64,000 nucleotides of DNA from a virus (IMGVR_UViG_3300031998_000006:32001-96000), one strand, 5' to 3'. Positions 19,750 to 29,358 are shown, counted from the first letter of the stretch. The notes: a model not told the origin generated them from the sequence alone. Numbers and translations are program-made.

Positions 19750-20562
19750 ATGTCCAAATTGACCATCAAGGTACACGAAAACAAGTCCGAGGATTTCAAC
19801 TACGGGCGTGTTAGCACTCCGGTTGCCCAAGCCTACAAGGTTTTGGATGACCAGTATTGCGATGAAAAGACCGGTAAGATGACCGGTCCGGCATTTGACT
19901 CTATTATGCTTATGGCAGAGAATGATGAACCGATTTACAACTATGCCCAAAGCAAGAGAGTTAAGTCGCATTCTGTTGCTTGGATGGCTCTGTTGAAGGA
20001 CATTGCGATGACACTTCAATGGCACGATGATGTGCCACACGCTGAAAACTTGACCTCCGAGCAGGTCAAGAATTGGTTCAAGTTCAAGGGTCAGGATTAT
20101 AAGACGGAACTCGCTCCGTTGGTAAAGCTCATCGACGAATGGCGTGCCGATATGTTCAAGGACGAATCCAAGAAGTCCGAATCTCTCGCAGCGGATATGT
20201 CCAAGGCGATTCAGCAAAGCAAGCCTAAAGTTCTCTTGAGTGATGATGCTGTTGACTACTTTAATGATTACGATTCTATGCTTGACCAATTTGAAGGGGC
20301 ATACCAGACGGTCATTCACATCAATGGTAAGCACGGAGTTGAAGAAATGTGGTTTATTTATGAACCGGATGACAACATCGTTGCTATTGGTGACTTTGAT
20401 GTAGACCGTGCCGATGCTGAAAGGGCAAAGGAACTTATGGAAAAGTTCGTCCGTGGCGAACTTACCGAAAAGCCCGGAAACTCCGATGACCTTGAAAGTG
20501 TTGATTACATCGCCATCGTGGATGGCAATACCTACACCTCTACCGCATTCGTGGAAGGATAA
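19750..20562 (+). CDS. Putative internal head protein with MSKLTIKVHE leader and an ESKKSE linker
   Basis: Carries both motifs; ESKKSE at 20164. Confidence 0.88.
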   Translation: MSKLTIKVHENKSEDFNYGRVSTPVAQAYKVLDDQYCDEKTGKMTGPAFDSIMLMAENDEPIYNYAQSKRVKSHSVAWMALLKDIAMTLQWHDDVPHAENLTSEQVKNWFKFKGQDYKTELAPLVKLIDEWRADMFKDESKKSESLAADMSKAIQQSKPKVLLSDDAVDYFNDYDSMLDQFEGAYQTVIHINGKHGVEEMWFIYEPDDNIVAIGDFDVDRADAERAKELMEKFVRGELTEKPGNSDDLESVDYIAIVDGNTYTSTAFVEG

Positions 20563-20570
20563 TTACTACA

Positions 20571-21287
20571 ATGCTTGAACCGGATAACCAGAAAGTCTAT
20601 TTTACATCCGAAGACCTCTCGGAACTTTTCCCGGAAGCGGAAGACCCGATGAGTGCCGCTCTTGACGTGCTTGAGGGCGAGAAGTCCTTCATCGTGGTTG
20701 ACGGCACGGAACTCCCTCTCGGTTACGATTCCGAGAAGGATGCAATCATCATCGAGGATTCCGATGCATCGTCAGAAACCGCACGAAAGGCTCGTCAGCT
20801 TATGCAGTTGTTCGTGTCTAACGAACTTTTCTCTGCCCGTGACATCGAGGGCGAAAACGGATATATGCCCGATGAGGACTACCCGTATTCTGTGAATATT
20901 ACGGATGGTCAGTCCGCTAGGGTTGTGTCATATTATCCGTCCGAAGAGATGATTTATCCTACAGAAGTGAGCCTTTGGTCTGGAAGCGGTTACACCACTA
21001 CGGACATCTATGTTGAAGCGGACGATGACAATGCCGAGGGCGCTCTTGAGGAAGCCGTGGCATCCGCAGACAAGCACGGATGGAAGGGTGTGTTGTTAGA
21101 CACAACGGAAGTCGAAAATGATATGGCAGCGGATGGACACTACAATTTGGAAACGGGCGAAGGGGATGCCGTGTTCGACGAGACATACCTTTATGTGGAT
21201 GCTACGATGGCTGGTGCTTCGCAGCCCTACTATGTGTATGCCGAAAACTTCGGTGTCCGTCCTAACCGCAAGTTGAGAATTAAATAA
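20571..21287 (+). CDS. Highly acidic hypothetical protein
   Basis: ORF within the operon, with phage-like codon usage. Confidence 0.8.
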   Translation: MLEPDNQKVYFTSEDLSELFPEAEDPMSAALDVLEGEKSFIVVDGTELPLGYDSEKDAIIIEDSDASSETARKARQLMQLFVSNELFSARDIEGENGYMPDEDYPYSVNITDGQSARVVSYYPSEEMIYPTEVSLWSGSGYTTTDIYVEADDDNAEGALEEAVASADKHGWKGVLLDTTEVENDMAADGHYNLETGEGDAVFDETYLYVDATMAGASQPYYVYAENFGVRPNRKLRIK

Positions 21288-21302
21288 AGGAGCGAATGCT
21301 TT

Positions 21303-23186
21303 ATGGCTTTGAGAATTAACAATCACACGAAGGATTTTGCCGGTAAATTGCACGAATCCAAGAAGTCCGAGGGCAAGTGGGAAATCACTCCGCAAGAAAT
21401 GAATAACAAGTTCTTGCCGTTTCTTGGTAATCAAGTGGTGGCTACTCGTATTACCTCTCCGTCGCAGATTCCGGGCTACAATGCTCCGTTCAACATCGAC
21501 AAGCATTCTACCTATTACCTCATTGAACCGAATCCCGATTTCAATAGGGGTGCGAATAAGAATGTTCGTTCCGTCATTGTTGGATGGCAGGGCGATTCTA
21601 ACAAGGAATGGGTAATCCGTGTATATCCTACGGCTGACAAGTCGAAGGGTCAGTGGGATTGGAGTAATATGCCCATTGATGACGATGCAGCCGATTGGAG
21701 AGATGCGGCACGATATGTCACTAATTTGGTATTGAACGATTCAAAGAAGGAATCTACTATGACTGCACACAAGTTTGGCAACAAGTCCGAATCTTCCCGC
21801 TATGGTAGCGGTATGGCTACTCGTAAGGATTTCTCCAAGACTCGTAATCTTGGCGACATCCTTGAAGTCCTTGAATCCCACCGCAAATTGCTCAAGGCGG
21901 CTGCCGAGGATATGAACCAGAGCAAGGCTGACTTGAAGGATGCCATCAAGCGTCTTAACGAGTTTGAAAAGAATGCGGACTTCCTCAAGCAACAGTCCGT
22001 GAAGGGCATCAAGAAAGCGATAGCGGTCAAGAACTCCCCGGAAGTCCAGGCTTCGGGCGAAGTCATCGACGCTCTCAAGAGTGTCATTTCCATCATTGCG
22101 GCTGATTATGCTAACATCCCCGATGTCAAGCAGCTTATGACCGTCATAGACAGCCGATATGCCACTCGTGGTAGCCAGATTCTCACAACCCTTGAAGGTC
22201 AGGTTTCCCGTGCTATTGAAGTGGATATGAAGACCCTCCAGAACAGCATCGACAATGGCGATGTTGCCGAAGACGACATTATGAAGTTCGTGACCACCAC
22301 TACCATCACTCATGGCGTACAGAGCAAGAGCGTGGTGGAAAATGTCACTCCGGTCCTGGAACGAATGAATGCGATGATTGAAGCATCCTCCAAGATGCAG
22401 GAAGCCGTTATCGACCCGAAGGAGTTTAAGGAACTTCGTGACCTCGTGGAACAGATTGTGAAGGAAGCATCCGCTCCGAAGGACACCTTCCGTACATCCA
22501 TTGTTGCACTCGACAAGGACACTATCGCATCCGTCAAGACTGAATCCAAGATTGTTGAAGGTCTGCTCGACAAGCTCAAGTCCGTAGTGTCCGCAATCAA
22601 GGACAAGATTTCCGCTTTGTGGGATTCCTTCACTTCTCTCTTCTTTAGCGTGGAAGACGAAGCCCTTGAATCCGCTGACGTGTTCAACGAAGTGGAAGTT
22701 AGCCTTGCCATTGTTGGTATCGAGGTTCCGTCCGCTCCGAAGACTGAAAGCCTTGGTAAGCAGTTTGAAGTTCTTACGAAGTCTGTGCTTCACTGTTGCG
22801 ATAAGCTCGTCAAGGACGCTTCTCTCGCAGGAGAGTTCGACGACGAAGTTATATATGCGGAAGATGCGGTTAAGAATGCCGTTGAATCTTTCAAGAACCT
22901 CGGCAATGCTTGCAAGTCCTTGAAGTCCGTCCTCTCCTATCACAAGAACGAAGACAATATGAATGTCATCGGAATCTTGGCTGATGCCATCACGCAGATT
23001 GTTGCTGACGATGCTGGCGAAGAAGGTGGCGAGGGTAGCGAAGGTGGCGATGGCGAAGTTGGTGGCGAATCCGTCCTTGACCAGATTGAGAACGAATACT
23101 CCCCGGCTGGTGGCGAAGAGAACGAAGAACCCGAAGCTAATGCCGCACCCAACCCGGCTGAAATGGGAACTCCCGAAGAGTTCTAG
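21303..23186 (+). CDS. Large coiled-coil head-region protein with N-terminal LHESKKSE
   Basis: AAGGAG RBS; ESKKSE at 21354; long helical central region; acidic Gly/Glu tail. Confidence 0.85.
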   Translation: MALRINNHTKDFAGKLHESKKSEGKWEITPQEMNNKFLPFLGNQVVATRITSPSQIPGYNAPFNIDKHSTYYLIEPNPDFNRGANKNVRSVIVGWQGDSNKEWVIRVYPTADKSKGQWDWSNMPIDDDAADWRDAARYVTNLVLNDSKKESTMTAHKFGNKSESSRYGSGMATRKDFSKTRNLGDILEVLESHRKLLKAAAEDMNQSKADLKDAIKRLNEFEKNADFLKQQSVKGIKKAIAVKNSPEVQASGEVIDALKSVISIIAADYANIPDVKQLMTVIDSRYATRGSQILTTLEGQVSRAIEVDMKTLQNSIDNGDVAEDDIMKFVTTTTITHGVQSKSVVENVTPVLERMNAMIEASSKMQEAVIDPKEFKELRDLVEQIVKEASAPKDTFRTSIVALDKDTIASVKTESKIVEGLLDKLKSVVSAIKDKISALWDSFTSLFFSVEDEALESADVFNEVEVSLAIVGIEVPSAPKTESLGKQFEVLTKSVLHCCDKLVKDASLAGEFDDEVIYAEDAVKNAVESFKNLGNACKSLKSVLSYHKNEDNMNVIGILADAITQIVADDAGEEGGEGSEGGDGEVGGESVLDQIENEYSPAGGEENEEPEANAAPNPAEMGTPEEF

Positions 23187-23311
23187 TAGTTTACCTATTG
23201 GTCAACGTGGGGTGCGGGGGCAGTAATGCTTCCGCACCTTGTTATACACGGGCATCCGTGTATATATTATGAGGACAACCACAGATTCACAATCAGCGAT
23301 GAGGTAATATC

Positions 23312-23479
23312 GTGGTAACATTGGAAGAAAAGGTTAAGGAACTTTACAATTCCTTGAAGGCTCCATGTAAGGAGAAAGGTCTTTGTTTAGCCTGGGAAGT
23401 TCATAAAGCCTTGAATAAGTTTCGGAAGGAACATCCCGACCTCGACGAAAAGTGGTCGAGGGAAGCCTACGGCTTATAG
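23312..23479 (+). CDS. Small hypothetical protein (55 aa)
   Basis: GAGG RBS and GTG start; MVTLEEKVKELYNSLKAPCKEKGLCLAWEVHKALNKFRKEHPDLDEKWSREAYGL. Confidence 0.5.
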   Translation: MVTLEEKVKELYNSLKAPCKEKGLCLAWEVHKALNKFRKEHPDLDEKWSREAYGL

Positions 23480-23661
23480 CCCAAGCACTTGATAATTTAT
23501 TATATACCCATATATGCATACACCGAAAATTTCAAAATTAAATCGGATGGGTGGTATTAGCATATAGGGAGTACATAGTAATTTTTTTATTAAAATAAGT
23601 CCAAGCCTATTGCAAGCATAGTAATAATTATGTACATTTGTTACTGAACACGGGTGAAAGT

Positions 23662-24873
23662 ATGTGTACACTAACTTATAATGCAGAATTGCAATTTAAG
23701 GATAGCGAAGCCTTGGAGTATTGGTTGGGTTTACTTAATGCATCTAGGCTTGCTTATAATACTTGTGCTAAAATACTTTTTTCCAAGAAGATACACTTGG
23801 ACTTGAAATCTGTTCATAATGCGGTGTATTATACTTTACGAGAACAGTTCCCTATAATTCCATCTCAAGGTATTATAAAAATATATAAGGAATGTATTTC
23901 TGCATTTCGTGCAATCAATTCAAATGGGCATATAGGACATAAGATTCCTGAAAAGACGAATTGTTCAATGCGTCTGGATAAACGTTTGTACTCTAAGATG
24001 AGTATTGATGGTATAACTTTATGTTCTAGGAAATTAAATCATAGGGTTATTGCTACATTGGTTAAGTTTCCTAGGTTGGTTGAATTATTCAAGCAATATC
24101 CTACTCGCGACCCTCTAATTTTCAAGCGGGGTAATACCTTCTATCTGTCTATCCCATTTGAAGTACCCGAGATACCCCAGCACGATGATACTTGTATCGG
24201 CATTGATATGGGAGAACGAAGGTTTGCAATCACATCCGATGGGCTGATGTTCAACGATAAGGAGTATAATACCCGAAGGAGAAAGATTCGTTACTTGAAG
24301 CGATGCTTGCAGAAGAAAGGAACGAAATCTGCCAATAGGCATAAGCGTAAGCTGTCCCATAAGGAACAGAACCAGTCCACTGATATATGTAACCACATTG
24401 CCAATGCTATCATTGCCAGCACTACTGCAAGCATCATAGTTCTTGAAGACTTGAGCAACATCAAGAAAAATACATCCCATTCCAAGGAAGGATTCAAGAA
24501 GAAATCCCACAACCGTAGGATTTCCCAAATACCATTTTACAAGTTTAAACAGATATTGTCATACAAGGCACTACTCCACGGAAAACGGGTAGAAACAGTT
24601 TCTCCATTTATGACAAGCCAAGTTGATTGCACAACCAACAAGAAAGAAGGTACTCGCAAGAACCGTAGGTTCTACTGCAAGAATGGTACTGTACTTGATT
24701 CCGATTGGAATGCGGCAATCAACATCGCTCGGAAGAGCAAACATCCCTTCTCGTTCTCGATACCCTATGACGGGGCTTTGAGAACCTGGAGGGCAGGGTG
24801 CAAGTCAACCACCCAATCGTACTGTAAGCCTATCGTGGAAACACAGATAGCATTACAAGCTCGCACCTTTTAG
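23662..24873 (+). CDS. tnpB: TnpB RNA-guided nuclease family
   Basis: CIGIDMGE, VLEDL and LDSDWNAAINIA (RuvC D-E-D intact). Right-end hairpin ending in TTGAC at 24885-24889. Confidence 0.92.
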   Translation: MCTLTYNAELQFKDSEALEYWLGLLNASRLAYNTCAKILFSKKIHLDLKSVHNAVYYTLREQFPIIPSQGIIKIYKECISAFRAINSNGHIGHKIPEKTNCSMRLDKRLYSKMSIDGITLCSRKLNHRVIATLVKFPRLVELFKQYPTRDPLIFKRGNTFYLSIPFEVPEIPQHDDTCIGIDMGERRFAITSDGLMFNDKEYNTRRRKIRYLKRCLQKKGTKSANRHKRKLSHKEQNQSTDICNHIANAIIASTTASIIVLEDLSNIKKNTSHSKEGFKKKSHNRRISQIPFYKFKQILSYKALLHGKRVETVSPFMTSQVDCTTNKKEGTRKNRRFYCKNGTVLDSDWNAAINIARKSKHPFSFSIPYDGALRTWRAGCKSTTQSYCKPIVETQIALQARTF

Positions 24874-25221
24874 GGCGTGAGCGGTTGACCGAAAATGCAA
24901 AGTTTATGTTATTGTCGAATTTATTTGTTTGTAATGTATGGTGTTGACGATTTGAGATAATATAGTTGTGGTGTAGGGAGTTTACTTATAGAATATGCTG
25001 GCGGTTTTTATTACCTTCTATGCTTATTTATCGAGTACCACTTGATAATTTGTTATATAAGTAGATAATTTGTTAGATAACTAGATAATTTATTATATTT
25101 AGTTTGTACAAACTAGCGAACCATATACATTTTCAAATTAACGAAACTCCGTTGTTTTTGCATCGGGTTTTTTTATTTATATTTAAACTGTTGCAACAAA
25201 AATAAAAGGAGTATTCCTCAA

Positions 25222-26409
25222 ATGAATTTTACCGAAAATGCAAAGTCTAAATTCTGGGCGGATTTGTCTGCCGGGGTAAAGAAGACCTTTGGTCATTCTC
25301 TGGGCGAAGCATTCCACATTGACCAGTTCAAGAGCGGTCGCTTCTCCTTCACGGAATCTATTGTCAACGGTTCCGGAAATGTTACTCGTCTTATGGATAG
25401 TATCAAGGCATCTTCTCCCGTCATTGAATCCGTCCGTATGACTCCGATTACCAACGGCTACAATGCTACCTACAATGTGTCCGTGGCATTCGACCCTATT
25501 AAGGCTGAATCCGTGTATAGCAATGGCAAGACCGCCATGGCTACTGTGGATATGGACGGCAAGAAGTATGTTGTTGACAACGATGGTAATGTTGTCAAGC
25601 AGGTTGCAGATGACAAGGAAGCCGATGACTTCATCAACAACTTGAATAAGTCCACCAAGTCCAATCTCAAGAAGGAAGAATTGGAAAATGGTAATACACA
25701 ACCGGTGGATGAAGATGGTTTCCCTATCAACCTTGACGATGTGATTGCCCTCGCAAACGAAGCGCTTGATGGTACTGGTGTTTCCGTTTCCAAGGAAGAT
25801 GACCGCTTGCTTCTCAAGGGCGATTCGGAATTGCTCCGTCCGGCACAGGAATATCTCCCCGCTCCGTATTACGGTTCCGATGCCATTGAAGGTGGCTACA
25901 ACGATGCCACGGGCGACCTTGAAGCAACTATTCCGGATTATCCGAGTTGCTATGACCTCGAAGTTCTCCGCAAGTTCCTCATTGATGCCGTGAACTGCAT
26001 CATTGACAACACCCTCTGCAATAACGGTACTTGCGAAGACGACGAATGGGTTTCCGCTATGGCAGAAGCCGAACCGGACGAAAGCTATGTGACCAAGTAC
26101 GGCTACAAGGGCGAATCCTTTGTTGGCAGCAACAAGAAGGAAATTGCAACCCTCATCAAGTCGCTTATGGTCGAAAATATCGACGAAGCCCGTAAGGTTG
26201 CAGGACACTTTATGGGCAAGGAAATGGTTGAAGGGTTTGTCCGCAAGTATTCGTTTGTGGGCAAGGTGGCAGAAAAGCGAAATGTCATTCTTCCGGACGA
26301 AATGTCCGCTCTCGACCGCATCCACGAATCCGCTATGGGTCGCGCCCCGGAAAAGCGAGTGGATATGGAATCCCTCGTGAACAAGAACCTTTTTAACAAG
26401 GAGAAGTAA
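25222..26409 (+). CDS. Hypothetical virion-region protein, first gene of the tail operon
   Basis: AAGGAG RBS; high-expression codon bias; directly upstream of the sheath gene. Confidence 0.85.
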   Translation: MNFTENAKSKFWADLSAGVKKTFGHSLGEAFHIDQFKSGRFSFTESIVNGSGNVTRLMDSIKASSPVIESVRMTPITNGYNATYNVSVAFDPIKAESVYSNGKTAMATVDMDGKKYVVDNDGNVVKQVADDKEADDFINNLNKSTKSNLKKEELENGNTQPVDEDGFPINLDDVIALANEALDGTGVSVSKEDDRLLLKGDSELLRPAQEYLPAPYYGSDAIEGGYNDATGDLEATIPDYPSCYDLEVLRKFLIDAVNCIIDNTLCNNGTCEDDEWVSAMAEAEPDESYVTKYGYKGESFVGSNKKEIATLIKSLMVENIDEARKVAGHFMGKEMVEGFVRKYSFVGKVAEKRNVILPDEMSALDRIHESAMGRAPEKRVDMESLVNKNLFNKEK

Positions 26410-26412
26410 CCT

Positions 26413-28698
26413 ATGCCTATCAATGACTCCGCTGGCGTTGGCGTTTACTTGATTGACAAGTCGCAACGAGCTTCTGTTGCTATCGGATTCCGTTCTGCGG
26501 GTGCGATTGAAGCCGACAGAGGTCTTTGCAATACTCCCACTTTGATTTCCAGTGAAGCGGACTATGTTAAGACTTTTGGTACTCCGAATATGGAACGCCA
26601 CGGTCTTGCCGCTATGGAAGCCTATATGCTTGCACAGAGGAAAGTTCCGCAAGTTCTTACTCGTGCCAAGGACCCCGAATTGACGGACAACGAAACCGTC
26701 TTTGGGGCTATGAAGTTTACCGTTGAGGGTGGCAAGCTGATTGTGGACACCCAGACTCCGGCATCCAAGATTGCCACTCCCGATGACAATACCTCCGTGT
26801 TGTTCTTCAAGGGCGAGGGCGATTATTGTGCCAAGGACAACCAGAACATCGTTGTCCGTTTCAGTCAGCCCCTTACCCAGTCCGCTTATGCCAAGGACGG
26901 AAGGTCTTTCCAGGTGCAGGTGTTTGATTTCGACGGTGCTAACCACATCGACCAAGACGAAGTTGGCGAATTTGCTTTCAACCCGGATGTTGCATCCCTC
27001 ATCTCCCCGTCTGGCGAGTTCCAGTTGGAAGGTTATGAAGTTGGCGGTGGCTCGGGTAGCGATGCCGGTGGCGAAGGTCAGCACCCTGTTACCATTACCG
27101 CATTCGTGAACGGACGAATCGGTAAGGACATCTTTGATTACAGTGCCTTGAACGATGGTGGTACCGCATTTGGTCTGTTCGACCATTTCGCCAAGGCTAT
27201 CACGGATGCCAAGCTCGCTACTGGCGAAAAGGTTGTCAAGGATGCTTGGCTCGACTACATCCCTTACAGTTCTAGCCTTGACGCCGGTTCGGGTTCGGAA
27301 GCCGAAGACCCGTATGGCTACTATGTGCTTGACTCCCGTGAAGACGAAGAAACTGGCGAACGTGGCGACCAGTTCCCGCAACAGCTTAACTGCTTCGGTT
27401 TGTCCGTGACCCTTACCGCTAATGTGGAACTCCCGATTAGCGAAAAGGACCCGAGCAACCCGAACTACCGCAAGCTGACCCGTGGCTTCTATAGCTTCCC
27501 GTGTGGTAGCGTGACGGTTTCCAATAAGGATGGTGCTTGGTTTGCCAAGTTCAGCATCAGCACCAATCTGTATCTCAAGAATCGTACCGCTTATATGTAT
27601 ATGGGCAAGCAGAACGAATACTGGGCATCGTACTACAGTGCATATTGCAAGGAAACTTTCAATGTGAGTATGTCCTACGATGACTTCGACCCGAACTATG
27701 TGTCGATGCAGGCTGATGCCGTTCTCGGTAGTTCTCGTTACCTTGTTCCGAAGACTAGCGAAACTTTCAGCGATTACAAGATTGACTACGATAAGGACCG
27801 CCTTACCACGAAGTTGCAATACTTCACGGGCGAAATCGTAGCTAACTCCATCCGTGTGCAGAACAAGTCCTATGCCTACTCGCAGGCATTGGTTGGCTTG
27901 CTTGGCGACAACCTCACTCGTTGGCGTTGCCTTGCCACTCCGAACCTCGGCGATGTGATGAACCCGGCTGACTTCCTCTCCGCAATTACCGCTGCGGAAG
28001 AATCCACCTTGGGTCTTTCCAACATTGGTCGTGCCGCATCTACGGATGTGTTCGGCAACCTCACGGGCCGTCACGGAAACCGCTTCATCGCTGACTACTC
28101 GCAGTATGCATACCGCACCCTCGCTGGCAAGCGTACCGCTGTTACCTTGGCTTGCTTGGTGTCCGACTTGCTCAACACCCACTACAATGAAGGTATTGAA
28201 GCCCGTCCTCCGTTCGGCTACAACTACGGACAGATTTCTTGCTTGAAGCTCTCGCAGGAGTTCTCCGGTGCTGAAAGAAATATGCTTGCTCGTCAGCTCA
28301 AGATTAACCCTGTCATTGAGGATGGTGGTTACTTTATCTGGGACGAACGCACTAGCCAGTTGACGGACACCTCGCTTTCCGACATCCATTGCATCATTTC
28401 GTTTATCTGGATGAAGTTTGCAATCTACGATGCGATGAAAGCATTCGTGGCTGAATACAATGACCAGTCCACGGTTAATCGTGGTCTTGCGGTCTTGAAC
28501 CAGTTGAACCAGACTTTCATCAGCCGTAACTACATTGAAGAAGGTATTGTCAATGCCGATAACAACGTCATTGGTGACGAAGTTCTCCGCTTCGACTATG
28601 CCGTTCGCTTCAAGGGTGTTGCACGCTTTGTGGATGTCTATATTACCGCATACAGCCAGACTCAAACCTTGGCTGTGTCGCTTGCACAGGAGGCTTAA
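26413..28698 (+). CDS. gp18: Contractile tail sheath protein (gp18-like)
   Basis: N-terminal GVYLIDKS and LISSEADYVKTFGTP; C-terminal PPFGYNYG, ERNML...KINPV, IWDERT and FVAEYND. Confidence 0.88.
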   Translation: MPINDSAGVGVYLIDKSQRASVAIGFRSAGAIEADRGLCNTPTLISSEADYVKTFGTPNMERHGLAAMEAYMLAQRKVPQVLTRAKDPELTDNETVFGAMKFTVEGGKLIVDTQTPASKIATPDDNTSVLFFKGEGDYCAKDNQNIVVRFSQPLTQSAYAKDGRSFQVQVFDFDGANHIDQDEVGEFAFNPDVASLISPSGEFQLEGYEVGGGSGSDAGGEGQHPVTITAFVNGRIGKDIFDYSALNDGGTAFGLFDHFAKAITDAKLATGEKVVKDAWLDYIPYSSSLDAGSGSEAEDPYGYYVLDSREDEETGERGDQFPQQLNCFGLSVTLTANVELPISEKDPSNPNYRKLTRGFYSFPCGSVTVSNKDGAWFAKFSISTNLYLKNRTAYMYMGKQNEYWASYYSAYCKETFNVSMSYDDFDPNYVSMQADAVLGSSRYLVPKTSETFSDYKIDYDKDRLTTKLQYFTGEIVANSIRVQNKSYAYSQALVGLLGDNLTRWRCLATPNLGDVMNPADFLSAITAAEESTLGLSNIGRAASTDVFGNLTGRHGNRFIADYSQYAYRTLAGKRTAVTLACLVSDLLNTHYNEGIEARPPFGYNYGQISCLKLSQEFSGAERNMLARQLKINPVIEDGGYFIWDERTSQLTDTSLSDIHCIISFIWMKFAIYDAMKAFVAEYNDQSTVNRGLAVLNQLNQTFISRNYIEEGIVNADNNVIGDEVLRFDYAVRFKGVARFVDVYITAYSQTQTLAVSLAQEA

Positions 28699-28701
28699 AC
28701 T

Positions 28702-29286
28702 ATGCCGGAAAACATTACTCTCATGGAATTGCTCGGCAAGGAGTTCAAGGAAGCTGACTATATGGTTTCGTCCAACTGGCGTATCGACTTTAGTGCCTGC
28801 AAGGAATTGAAGGAACTGATGGGCGAATATGCCGGGGACACTCCAAAGCAGATGTCTTTCGCTTGCCATTCCAACTTCCAGTTTGAAACGAACATTGAAT
28901 ATGCGGAAGCTGAAATCAAGGGTATGCACATCTCGCAAGCCGCTTGGCAGGACCGCTATATTGACTCGCTCACGCTTGATGTCTATGAAAAGATGGACCA
29001 CCGTCTTTTCAAGGCTCTCGTGACCGCATCTAACAACACCGCAGGCTACTATGCATCTCGTGACATCAACAAGAAGGAAAAGTACACCTTCTCCGGTATC
29101 ACGCTCCGTGCATTGGGCAACACCGATGGTGGCGATACCGCTACTGTTGAACTTGTCTATAGTCTTCTCGGTGTGCAGATTAAGCGAGTTCAGTCGCCGG
29201 AATACACTTCGGATTCCGCTGAAATCGGCTCTGTGCAGCTTGAACTCAAGGCACACGGCTGGGGTATTATCAACGGCACAACCTAA
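28702..29286 (+). CDS. Tail tube protein (putative)
   Basis: 194 aa, directly after the sheath gene, with a beta-rich pattern (LTLDVYE, VQLEL). Confidence 0.7.
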   Translation: MPENITLMELLGKEFKEADYMVSSNWRIDFSACKELKELMGEYAGDTPKQMSFACHSNFQFETNIEYAEAEIKGMHISQAAWQDRYIDSLTLDVYEKMDHRLFKALVTASNNTAGYYASRDINKKEKYTFSGITLRALGNTDGGDTATVELVYSLLGVQIKRVQSPEYTSDSAEIGSVQLELKAHGWGIINGTT

Positions 29287-29306
29287 TCCGTTGGCTCGGT
29301 AATTCA

Positions 29307-29343
29307 AAATCCCCTAATCCGTCAAGTGGATTGGGGGATTTTT
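29307..29343 (+). terminator. Rho-independent terminator
   Basis: AAAATCCCC...GGGGATTTTT hairpin. Confidence 0.75.
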
Positions 29344-29358
29344 ATGTATATTTAAGGT

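Noticed and set aside
3986-21371. GAATCCAAGAAGTCCGAA as a CRISPR or DNA-only repeat
   Set aside because: It is always in frame, irregularly spaced and shows synonymous variation, so it is better explained as a peptide motif.
3377-22943. Long minus-strand ORFs (3377-5287, 8379-9353, 12850-14826, 21741-22943)
   Set aside because: Each mirrors a well-supported + strand gene.
23662-24873. Calling this TnpB a nuclease-dead TldR
   Set aside because: All three RuvC acidic residues appear intact; only the guide match is reported.
25183-29307. 1374-aa minus-strand ORF
   Set aside because: It is an antisense shadow of the 25222, sheath and tube genes, caused by their strong codon bias. It has no RBS or recognisable motifs.
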